Shown here one piece after another: positions 1 to 10,517 of a stretch of DNA of 54,204 nt. The position numbers and the translations under genes were made by a program. Under the pieces are notes generated by a model. It was not told the DNA's origin. It did no database searches and worked only from the letters and a program-made list of their open reading frames with translations. The DNA is from an uncultured Ignavibacteriales bacterium (GTDB lineage: Bacteria > Zixibacteria > MSB-5A5 > GN15 > JAAZOE01): assembly GCA_964611355.1 (NCBI GenBank), contig CAZSYD010000014.1, forward strand, positions 1 through 54,204, in the 5' to 3' direction. The number at the start of each line of letters is the position of its first letter. Position 1 is the first letter of the stretch.

Positions 1-1216
1 TGAGAGCCAAAAGGTTGGTCTGGTCGGCAATGTCGTCAATAACCCCGATAATCTCACCGATTTTGTCAGAGGCTTGTGCCAACTCGCCGACGATTTTACC
101 GGAATCCTTGGCCGATTCGGCAATCTTGACCATGCCGTCTATGGTTTCGCCGACTATCTTCTGACCATCGCCGGATGTACTGGAAGCGTTTTCCGAAGCC
201 TCTTTAGCCTCGCCAGCGTTCTTGGCGGACTCGATGATCGTGGCTGTCATCTCTTCTACGGCGCTGGAGACCTGGGCCGCCTGGTCTGTCTGGCTCTTGG
301 CGCCGGTGGCCATTTCCTCCGAGGCCGAGGATATTTCATTGGCTGCCGAAACCAGCTCATTAGCGTTGCCGCGCAGTTGTTGGACAACAATATCAAGGTT
401 TTCCACCATCTTCTTGAAAGATCTACCCAGAACGTCCGTCTCAGACTTAGGCTCTACCTCAACGGTCAGGTCGTTGGCAGCTATTCGATCTGCTGCATCG
501 GCCATGCCCTTCAGGTAGTCTATCAGCTTGTGGAATGCTGATGCGAGTACTCCGATTTCATCCCGGGAAGTAATCTCCACCGACTTATTGACATCACCAA
601 CAGCCACTCCTTCAGCAACATCGACCAAGAGAGTAATCGGTCTTGTTATCTTTGTTGCATAAATGAAAATAACCACGGCTGCCAAGACAAGAATTATAAC
701 TCCAGCTACAGTGCTATACTTAATTATTTCCGAACGAGGTTTCGCCAGAAAATCGTCTTCAAATGCACCTGCCACTATTATCCAGTTCCACTCTTCAAGA
801 TATCTAAATGCAGCCAGCTTATACGTCTTAGTCTCAGGTGAAAGATACCTCAAGGTCCCATCTTTTCTTTCCAAGATTTCCTTTATGTGTGGTTTGTTTC
901 TCCAATTCTCGCCCTCGGCTTTCTTATGGATTAACAAGTTCCCTTCGGGATCAACCACGAAAATAAACCCTGTTTTCCCTACTGTTATCTGCTCGTTACA
1001 CATTTTTCTTATCACGGCCCATTCCATATCCGGATTCGCTTCCGCAAAAATATAGAACTCATCTACCATGGATTTCAGATCTGCAATCGCACTTTCTCTT
1101 AATGGAGTTATCATGCTTCGAATAGTTGAAAAACCTGTTCCCACTATTGCAACCAGCACTGTAGAGAGAAACACTAAAAGCAGTTTGCTTCTCAAACCCA
1201 TTCCTTTCTTGAACAT
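1..1216 (-). CDS. Methyl-accepting chemotaxis protein (TM-Cache-TM-HAMP-HAMP-signalling), 3' end runs off the window
   Basis: Not in the ORF track because there is no stop in the window. Manual translation from ATG 1216 (AAGGAG RBS at 1225-1230) gives MFKKGMGLRSKLLLVFLSTVLVAIVGTG..., a Cache-like GKTGFIFVVDPEGNLLIH, and ends in the MCP hairpin signature KIGEIIGVIDDIADQTNLLAL at the window edge. Confidence 0.93.
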   Translation of the reverse strand, partial: MFKKGMGLRSKLLLVFLSTVLVAIVGTGFSTIRSMITPLRESAIADLKSMVDEFYIFAEANPDMEWAVIRKMCNEQITVGKTGFIFVVDPEGNLLIHKKAEGENWRNKPHIKEILERKDGTLRYLSPETKTYKLAAFRYLEEWNWIIVAGAFEDDFLAKPRSEIIKYSTVAGVIILVLAAVVIFIYATKITRPITLLVDVAEGVAVGDVNKSVEITSRDEIGVLASAFHKLIDYLKGMADAADRIAANDLTVEVEPKSETDVLGRSFKKMVENLDIVVQQLRGNANELVSAANEISSASEEMATGAKSQTDQAAQVSSAVEEMTATIIESAKNAGEAKEASENASSTSGDGQKIVGETIDGMVKIAESAKDSGKIVGELAQASDKIGEIIGVIDDIADQTNLLAL

Positions 1217-1335
1217 TCTTTCATCTCCTTGTTTTGTATCCCTTTTTTTGAAGAGTCCGACCCTGGAGCGGCAGAAGCCAGGTCCTCCATGGCGGGACTT
1301 TCAAGGGTCACTTTGTTCATCACGAAACTTGGTGT

Positions 1336-2238
1336 TTAGTACGCAACGAGCCCGGCTTCTTTCCAGGCTATAAAGCCGCCTTTAATACGATGGACATCTT
1401 TGTATCCCATTTCCTGCAGTTGTTGTGCAACAAGGGCTGATCTGCTCCCTTTTTTACAGATAACAAGTAGCGTTTTATTGGCATCATGAACCTTTTTCTT
1501 AATATTGAACACGACCTTGCCGTGTTCCATTACCAAAGCCCCATCAATTGCACCCTGAGACTCTATTTCTTGTGCACTCCTGATATCGAGAAGGACGGCA
1601 TCTTTTGCACCCATCATTTGCTTTGCATCAGAAGGGCTTACTGCTTTGACTGCTCTATTGGCTTCAGCCACAAAATCGTCTGCTGATTTGCCGGCTGGCA
1701 TTTTACCTTTAGGTACTACTGGGGCTTCGGCTATTTTAGAATTCCCTGATTTTTCTACAGGCAATCCTTTTCTTATCCATCCCAGTATTCCACCGTCAAG
1801 CCACATAGCATTTTCATACCCAATCTGTTTCAGTTGATAAGCAACCAATGTTGATCTCTTACCCTTTTTACAGTAAACGATGATAGGAACATCATTGTTG
1901 GGAACTATCTTAGTAATATTGAATATTACAGTACCATGGGGCAAGACTGTTCTGCCTGGTATCCATCCATGCTCTTTGAACTCTGCAAAGGAGCGAATAT
2001 CCAGCAGAACAACATTATCAGTGCCATCCATAAGCTTTTTTGTCTCTTCCGGTGAAATGCCCTGAATATGTGCTTTGGCCTCATTAACGAAGTCTTCTGC
2101 TGTTTTACCTTTTGGTATCTCAATGGCAAACACAGAGGCTGAGAGTGCAAGAATGAGACTCACACTCAAGATCATAACCAGGACGATCCCGAAGTCGATA
2201 TACAACTTCTTCCCGATTTTCAGGTCTTTCCAACTCAT
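1336..2238 (-). CDS. Exported tandem-rhodanese sulfurtransferase (Sud-like), with an MCP-like N-terminal leader
   Basis: Two internal repeats (GKTAEDFVNEAK..LLDIRS..YCKKGKRS..LDGGILGW and GKSADDFVAEAN..LLDIRS..ICKKGSRS..IKGGFIAW), each with a rhodanese active-site Cys. Hydrophobic N-terminus ends in VFA. GGAGGAGG RBS. Confidence 0.88.
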   Translation of the reverse strand: MSWKDLKIGKKLYIDFGIVLVMILSVSLILALSASVFAIEIPKGKTAEDFVNEAKAHIQGISPEETKKLMDGTDNVVLLDIRSFAEFKEHGWIPGRTVLPHGTVIFNITKIVPNNDVPIIVYCKKGKRSTLVAYQLKQIGYENAMWLDGGILGWIRKGLPVEKSGNSKIAEAPVVPKGKMPAGKSADDFVAEANRAVKAVSPSDAKQMMGAKDAVLLDIRSAQEIESQGAIDGALVMEHGKVVFNIKKKVHDANKTLLVICKKGSRSALVAQQLQEMGYKDVHRIKGGFIAWKEAGLVAY

Positions 2239-2296
2239 GGTTTCTCCTCCTCCTTTAATAATTCTGTAGCTTGACGAAGTTATTTCCTGTTTGCTT

Positions 2297-2323
2297 TTAT
2301 CGTCCTCTATAAAACCGGCATGA
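2297..2323 (-). promoter_or_regulatory. Putative sigma28 (FliA)-type promoter for the rhodanese-MCP unit
   Basis: Minus strand TCATG-N14-GACGATAA, compared with the FliA consensus TAAAG/TCAAG-N14-GCCGATAA. It lies upstream of a chemotaxis gene. Confidence 0.5.
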
Positions 2324-2343
2324 GGGGAGAAGATGAGTGACTG

Positions 2344-2366
2344 AAGGAGTATCCGAAATACTCCTT
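2344..2366. promoter_or_regulatory. Perfect inverted repeat, candidate LuxR/NarL-type operator
   Basis: AAGGAGTAT-ccgaa-ATACTCCTT. Half-site TACTCCT fits the NarL-type heptamer TACYNMT. No U-tract, so a terminator is less likely. Confidence 0.45.
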
Positions 2367-2431
2367 ATTGGTATGCTCTCATTCCGCTGCGGGAAACCAA
2401 AACGAGGGCAGGCAGAGTATTAGACAGGCTT

Positions 2432-3394
2432 TTAACGGTTGACGGAACCTAACTGCCAAAGATAGGAACGCAGGTTGGTTTTTTCGTTGGTGATATTCAG
2501 CTTCTTCCGAATATTCTGCCTTTGTTTGCGAACCGTCTCAACTGAGATATTCAGTAAAGCCGCAATCTGCTTGGATGTCATGCCGTTTTTTACCATGTTG
2601 CAGATTTCCATCTCGCGCGGTGCAAGCCGGGCGCGATTTTTTTCCAGTTGATTGATAAATGGCGATGTTATATTGGACAGGCAGTTTTCCAGCAGAGAGA
2701 TATAATGTTTTCCGTCAGTGTCGGATCTTTCTCCAAGAATCTGGAGAATTGGGAAAACAATCTTTTCAATATTAGATTGAATTTGAAGGGCAATCTGTGT
2801 TTTTTCCCGGTCAATTTGATCGAGAACCTCTTTGAGCGCAATGTTCTTTTCATGCAGCGCCTTTTGTTCGATCTCCAGCCTGGTATTAGTATCTTTCAGG
2901 GTTTTTTCTGTTTGCCTACACTCGGTAACGTCGCGGCTTATCACCAGCGAAGAGATAGTTCCATCCGGATTCTTTATCGGAGTACCAACCAGTTCGTAAA
3001 TCCTGTCAGTCTCGGCGATATGGCATTCCCAGTGCACCGTCTTGCCGGCAAAAATGCCCCCGTTTCGGCAGTAACCGCATGGTTGATCCAGATGGTGGAA
3101 ATACTGATAACATTTGTCGCCTGTACTCGACGGAAAATCCTTGGACAGCGCGGGGTTGATATACTGAAGAGTATACTCGCTATCGATTATGTACGCTCCG
3201 TCTTCCATCGCCTCAAGCACATTTACGAGGCTATCTCTCAGGTGCTGTAACGCTTCCTCTGCCTTATGGCAGTCTTTAGCCGAAAAGACACCTTGTGCGA
3301 ACCCGGGCATATAGCTGTTAATATCCTGTTCAGACAGCCGAATAGCCTGCTCGGACTGCTTTTTAAGGCTCAGGCGTTTCGCTTTAGAAGTCAT
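2432..3394 (-). CDS. PAS-domain LuxR-family transcriptional regulator
   Basis: PAS-like segment with CYQYFHHLDQPCGYC, a coiled coil, then a C-terminal LuxR HTH (LAPREMEICNMVKNGMTSKQIAALLNISVETVRKQRQNIRKKL). Confidence 0.88.
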   Translation of the reverse strand: MTSKAKRLSLKKQSEQAIRLSEQDINSYMPGFAQGVFSAKDCHKAEEALQHLRDSLVNVLEAMEDGAYIIDSEYTLQYINPALSKDFPSSTGDKCYQYFHHLDQPCGYCRNGGIFAGKTVHWECHIAETDRIYELVGTPIKNPDGTISSLVISRDVTECRQTEKTLKDTNTRLEIEQKALHEKNIALKEVLDQIDREKTQIALQIQSNIEKIVFPILQILGERSDTDGKHYISLLENCLSNITSPFINQLEKNRARLAPREMEICNMVKNGMTSKQIAALLNISVETVRKQRQNIRKKLNITNEKTNLRSYLWQLGSVNR

Positions 3395-3439
3395 AACTAT
3401 CAGCCAACAGAAAAAGTATATTATAATCCGTTATGGCTT

Positions 3440-3466
3440 TTATCGGCAGAATTGAATAAGGTTTTC
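3440..3466 (-). promoter_or_regulatory. Putative sigma28 promoter of the PAS-LuxR gene
   Basis: Minus strand GAAA-N15-GCCGATAA, a perfect sigma28 -10 octamer about 45 nt upstream of the ATG. Confidence 0.6.
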
Positions 3467-3668
3467 AGGGCAACAGGAGAAATTGCGGCAATAAAATGAA
3501 AATCCGGATAACGAAAAGTCAGATTGTCAAGGCGTGCCGAAATTATGATTATCGTACAATTCCGCTATCGCATCAGGCGGTTCGACTGATATTAGAATGC
3601 GCCGCGTTTAGGACAGTTAAAAAGGAATTAAAATATTTTAGTAGTTTATGAATACCCGTAAATCGTAT

Positions 3669-5919
<2,251 letters not shown>

Positions 5920-6063
5920 TATGCCAACTCCCAAAACGACTTAAGCGACAATGTATAATATAAAATAACCCATCCGTGGGTTTACGGCAAGAAAAAAACG
6001 TGTCTAATTGAAAAAAGAGATGCTTATATTTGATTGATTAGCAGGGTGTTACGGCAATCGCAG

Positions 6064-6717
6064 TCATAATCCGGGACCCAGCGGCCCTCTTTGATTAAAA
6101 TCGTGGAAATTACGGCGACGACGTGGCGGCCGAGGGTTTCTAACGCTTGGAATATAAAGATCCGGGCCCTCCTTGCGTCTTATCCGAATCGTGTAATCCT
6201 GGAACGACCGGCAACGGCGGATAAGATGAGCATCCTCTTTTTTTACCCAGCGATATTTGACATGCTTCGGGCCATAAACCGGGCTCCTGATTATTTCACA
6301 TCCATTCGAAGGATCATCGTTGTTAAAAAACCTCGGTCCTGTGGCGACTTCGTCGGTGCCGCGATAATAAAGAGCCGGCCCCGCGCATCTTTACATCGAG
6401 GACATATAGACAACCCGCCTGCCTCTTTGGGCTCGTCTCCGCAGATGGGGCAGACATCTTTTTCATAATGCGTGATTAAATCAGGTGATGCTCATATCCG
6501 CGCCTTCGGCATCCACGGCATAGACGACCTTTCCGTGGAACGAGCGGGTCAGTTTATCGATTAGCCGCTTTTCCAGAATGGTTGTGGTGCCTTTGGAATT
6601 GTAGATTATTGCCTTCCCGCCGCAGTGGATTATCGCCAGTAAAGAAGCGATGCCCGGATAGAATAAATCATTATCCTTGATTAAGGGGTAACTGGCTATA
6701 TCGAAGGCGATTTTCAT
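6064..6717 (-). pseudogene. Probable doubly frameshifted gene for a Cys-rich/Zn-ribbon hypothetical protein
   Basis: Three abutting protein-like segments: 6717-6481 (MKIAFDIASYP...), a start-less shifted frame containing CPICG..CPRCK (6452 downward), and a start-less 108-codon open frame 6390-6064. Confidence 0.5.
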
Positions 6718-7017
6718 CAAGGACAGTCTTTGCAAAGGACATGCCCCCGCTGGTAAGACGGCGTAAGATGCCGAGATATCGCCTGTTAATAGGTATGGCG
6801 TAACTGCTCCAGACAGATAAAAGGCCAAAAAAAATGGGATTTACCCTATAATTATTGGAAATCCGGCATGACCTGATAATCATCAGCAGATGCTGCGCAA
6901 AAACCCTTGCGCGGTGAGTGGCGGGGGTCTATATTGTTTTTTTATGCGAAAGCCGGCGGAACCACCGGTCATCCGGGTGGTAGAATATCGCCGGAGCGGA
7001 ACATTCAAGGAGAAACA

Positions 7018-8751
7018 ATGAGACAAAATATTTTAACGGTTCTGTTATGCTTGTTGATACTGGCGGTTGTTCCGCCTTTTTCCGGCTGCAGTAAACAAAC
7101 CGGACACGTGGTGGCCAAAGTCGGTGACCGGGAAATTCTTATTGAGGATATTGACGCCATAATAGCCGGAGCCGGTTTCCGTTTTGCTTCAGCGGAAAAT
7201 GAACTTGAAATCCGGCAGGCTCTGCTTGATACCCTGATTAATCGAGATCTTTTGATAATCGGAGCCTACGAAAAGAACCTTGATTACCAGGAAGAAGTCC
7301 TCCGCGTGATTGACGGCGAAAAAAACAAGTTTCTCCTCGATGTCCTTTTCGAGGAAAGAATCATCGCCCGGGCCGAACCGTCGGAAGCGGAAATAAAGGA
7401 CTGGTACGTCAGGATCGGCGAGGAAATAAAGGCTTCGCATATCCTGGTTGATTCCGAATCGGTCGCCCGGGAGGTACTGGCGAAATTGAAAGAGGGGGTT
7501 TCCTTTGAGGAATTAGCCGTCAAGTATTCTATTGATCCCAGCGTCAAACGCAATCAGGGCGATCTGGGATGGTTTACGTGGGGGACTATGGTTGACAATT
7601 TCCAGGAGGCTGTTTTCCGCATGCAGCCGGGTGAGGTTTCGGCGCCGGTCAAATCCGAATTCGGCTATCATATCATCAAGTTGGTCGATCGCCGCAAGGT
7701 GGAGCATCGCCCCGAATACGCCGAAGCAAAAGACCAAATCCGGAGTATGATTATCGAGCGGCGCAAGCGGAGCCTGATGCAGGAATACGCCGAAGAACTC
7801 AAGGAAAAATATCCGATTACGGTGGAAAAGGCCACCTGCCAGTTCGTTTTAAAAAAGCTTGAATTTCTATACCCACCCATGATTGGTAACAAGCCGCGCT
7901 GGCGCAACAACATCGACCCGGCCCAGCTTGACCAGGACGAACACGCGCTGGTACTGGGCCTCTACGATGGCGGCGAACTGACTCTGGGCGACTATTTATT
8001 GAGACTGCGGCGTATACCCGAGGAGAACCGCCCGGATTTCGATAACTACGATTCTCTGGCTGAGATCATTTTCCGAATGTCATTTATGGATATCCTGGTG
8101 CTGGAAGCGAAAGATATGGGGATAGAGAACAACGAAAAATACAAAAAGAAATTAAAGCTTTTCAAAGAAATGACCATGGCGGACATCATGCGAAACGATT
8201 CTATCCCGTATAATCTCGATATTACCGAAGACGATATCCAGGCGTATTATGAAGCCCACCCAGAGGAGTTTACCGCCCCATTGCGTTTTCATCTTTTGGA
8301 GATTCAGGTGGCGGAAGAGGAAAAAGCAAAGAAATACAAAAACAGCATCCGTTCGGAAGCGGAATTCCAGAAAATTGCCGCCCGGGAAACGCTCCGTCCC
8401 GGTAAAAGGCAGAACTCGGGCAATCTGGGCGTTGTCCTGCGTGAACAATACCCGGCCCTGTTTGAGGCGGCCGAGAACCTGAAACGAGGGCACATCGCCG
8501 GCCCGGTCAGGACCATGGGTAAATACTCTATCGTATGGGTCAAGCAAAAGCTGGAACCCGAACTGCAGTCCCTGGATATGTCCAAGAAGAAAATAATCGA
8601 GACTATTACAAGGCAAAAGAGCGATTCGCTTTGTGGCGAATGGCTGGCCAAAATGAGAAAAAGAATTCCCGTCGAGACATACGAGGATGTCCTGATAAAC
8701 AGCGTGGAAAAGGGAAAATACGTCCAGGCCGACACCCTCCAGTCGGAATAA
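7018..8751 (+). CDS. PrsA/SurA-like parvulin peptidyl-prolyl isomerase, probable lipoprotein
   Basis: ATG 7018 after AAGGAG. Signal with FSGC lipobox. Parvulin motifs IKASHILV, FEELAVKYS, GDLGWF, PVKSEFGYHII, plus a second degenerate parvulin domain. Confidence 0.88.
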   Translation: MRQNILTVLLCLLILAVVPPFSGCSKQTGHVVAKVGDREILIEDIDAIIAGAGFRFASAENELEIRQALLDTLINRDLLIIGAYEKNLDYQEEVLRVIDGEKNKFLLDVLFEERIIARAEPSEAEIKDWYVRIGEEIKASHILVDSESVAREVLAKLKEGVSFEELAVKYSIDPSVKRNQGDLGWFTWGTMVDNFQEAVFRMQPGEVSAPVKSEFGYHIIKLVDRRKVEHRPEYAEAKDQIRSMIIERRKRSLMQEYAEELKEKYPITVEKATCQFVLKKLEFLYPPMIGNKPRWRNNIDPAQLDQDEHALVLGLYDGGELTLGDYLLRLRRIPEENRPDFDNYDSLAEIIFRMSFMDILVLEAKDMGIENNEKYKKKLKLFKEMTMADIMRNDSIPYNLDITEDDIQAYYEAHPEEFTAPLRFHLLEIQVAEEEKAKKYKNSIRSEAEFQKIAARETLRPGKRQNSGNLGVVLREQYPALFEAAENLKRGHIAGPVRTMGKYSIVWVKQKLEPELQSLDMSKKKIIETITRQKSDSLCGEWLAKMRKRIPVETYEDVLINSVEKGKYVQADTLQSE

Positions 8752-10050
8752 ATGAACATGAAAAATACCTTTGGCAAAACGGCCCTGATGACCATCGGGG
8801 CCTTATTGCTTTCGGCGGCGGTTTTCGCCGAAACGGTTGAACGGATCGCCGCCGTGGTTGGAGATAAGGTTATCCTGACCTCGGAACTGGCCAGCCAGGT
8901 ACAGATGTACCTCTTCTCGCTCGGGGAAAACGCCGAGGCTGATCCGCAGGAAGTCTCCCGTGAAATGCTCAACCAAATGGTCAATGATGAGTTGATTCTT
9001 CTGGCCGCGAGGGATGACACCACCATCACCGCCACGGACGACGAGATTCAAACCGAACTTAACGCGCATATCGCTTCGCTGGCGGCGCGCTTTCCTTCGG
9101 AGGAAGCGTTCCTCGAGCAATTACACCGTGAGGGAATGACCAAGCGGAACCTTGAGAAAAGGTACTATCCTCAGATAAAAGACCAGATATTGAAGCAGAA
9201 AATAATCAATAAGAAGCTTTCCAAAATTTCCGTGTCCCGCCAGGAGGCGGAGCAGTTCTATATCCGCCACGCCGATTCTCTGCCGAAAGTTCCCAGCCGG
9301 ATTCGACTGGCCCATATTCTGGTCAAATTCAAGGTATCACCTGCGACCAGGGATTCTCTCCGCCGGATTGCCGAAGAAGCCCGTCAGTTGGCTCTGCAGG
9401 GAACTGATTTCGAGGAGGTGGCCAAAGAATATTCCGATCGGAGCCACGATGTTGTTGGTGGACGTATCGGCTTTGTACGCCGCGGCGAACTGGTAGAGGA
9501 GTTCGGCAGGACTGCCTTTAACTTGCAGCCGGGTTCCATCTCCGGGCTGGTATTGACCGAATATGGATGGCACATAATCAAAAGTCATACCCGATTCCGA
9601 GACAGCGTAGACGTCAGCCAGATACTTTTTCCGATGGCGCCGTCTATGGGTGATTCGATCCGGGCCGGAACGCTGGTCGATTCGTTGTATAGCGAACTTC
9701 AGGCCGGAGCCAGCTTCAAAGAATTGGCCAAACTACATTCCGACGACGATTCTTCCCGGAGCGTCGGCGGCGAGTTGGAACCGATGACACTCGATCAACT
9801 CCGCCCGGAATTTGTCGCTTCCCTGGAAGGGATCGATACCGGCCGGATTGCGCCACCGGTCATATCGCAGCGCGGTTATCATATCCTCAAGCTTCTGGAA
9901 CGGGAAGAAAGCCGCCAGTTGAATATCGACACTGATTTTGACATAATTCGAAACATCGCCCGGCAGGAAAAAACGGCGCAGATGGTCGAAGACTGGGTGA
10001 CCGAACTGAAGAAGAAGACCTATATCGATATCCGGGATCTTAGCTATTAG
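8752..10050 (+). CDS. surA: SurA-like periplasmic chaperone/PPIase
   Basis: Signal peptide, SurA N-domain start ERIAAVVGDKVILTSEL, and two parvulin domains (RLAHILV..EYGWHIIK; FKELAKLHS..RGYHILKL). Confidence 0.82.
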   Translation: MNMKNTFGKTALMTIGALLLSAAVFAETVERIAAVVGDKVILTSELASQVQMYLFSLGENAEADPQEVSREMLNQMVNDELILLAARDDTTITATDDEIQTELNAHIASLAARFPSEEAFLEQLHREGMTKRNLEKRYYPQIKDQILKQKIINKKLSKISVSRQEAEQFYIRHADSLPKVPSRIRLAHILVKFKVSPATRDSLRRIAEEARQLALQGTDFEEVAKEYSDRSHDVVGGRIGFVRRGELVEEFGRTAFNLQPGSISGLVLTEYGWHIIKSHTRFRDSVDVSQILFPMAPSMGDSIRAGTLVDSLYSELQAGASFKELAKLHSDDDSSRSVGGELEPMTLDQLRPEFVASLEGIDTGRIAPPVISQRGYHILKLLEREESRQLNIDTDFDIIRNIARQEKTAQMVEDWVTELKKKTYIDIRDLSY

Positions 10051-10052
10051 TA

Positions 10053-10322
10053 ATGCGGCTGGATAATTTCGTATCCGATCTCGGTATTGTCAAACGGCGG
10101 ACAGCGGCCAAGGAACTTGCCGACGGCGGACGGATAAAAGTCAACGACCGGAAAGCCAAACCGGCGCACAAGGTGAAAATCGGCGACATTATCGAAATTA
10201 CCGGCCGGCAGCATATCAAAATCCGCGTAAAAAATATCCCATCCAAATCAGTCCCCAGAGAATCCCGTCCCGAGTATTTTGAAGTCCTGATTAAGGAACG
10301 CGCGGACGATATAGGTATCTAA
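10053..10322 (+). CDS. Stand-alone S4-domain RNA-binding protein (Hsp15/RqcP-YabO-like)
   Basis: MRLDNFV..IVKRRTAAKELADGGRIKVN..KPAHKVKIGDIIEI, 89 aa. Confidence 0.88.
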   Translation: MRLDNFVSDLGIVKRRTAAKELADGGRIKVNDRKAKPAHKVKIGDIIEITGRQHIKIRVKNIPSKSVPRESRPEYFEVLIKERADDIGI

Positions 10323-10517
10323 ACTTTCGTAACCATCTATTGTAAGAAATATCGGGGTATTCCTGATGAAATGGGATATGTTCGAAGTTGAAAAGATCGG
10401 CGACCGGTTTTACGTTTTCCGTGAAGTGCGCTGACAGTAGCGCAGGGCATTTTCTGACCGGCAACCGTCGCCCAGTTGCTTCTTGACTTAACGTGATCAA
10501 GGCCCGTTAATTGAATC

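Noticed and set aside
74..1373. Plus-strand ORFs 74-541, 222-518, 663-1055 and 1068-1373
   Set aside because: They are antisense shadows of the minus-strand MCP gene.
6481..6510. Selenocysteine readthrough of the TGA preceding the CPICG frame
   Set aside because: The TGA is not in a redox-motif context and there is no convincing SECIS-like hairpin. A frameshift explanation is simpler.
5935..6900. Possible replication origin near gyrB
   Set aside because: No cluster of TTATCCACA-type DnaA boxes was seen and dnaA/dnaN are absent.
10366..10434. 22-aa ORF MKWDMFEVEKIGDRFYVFREVR with a weak RBS
   Set aside because: Too short to support without homology or expression data. It may be a gene remnant.
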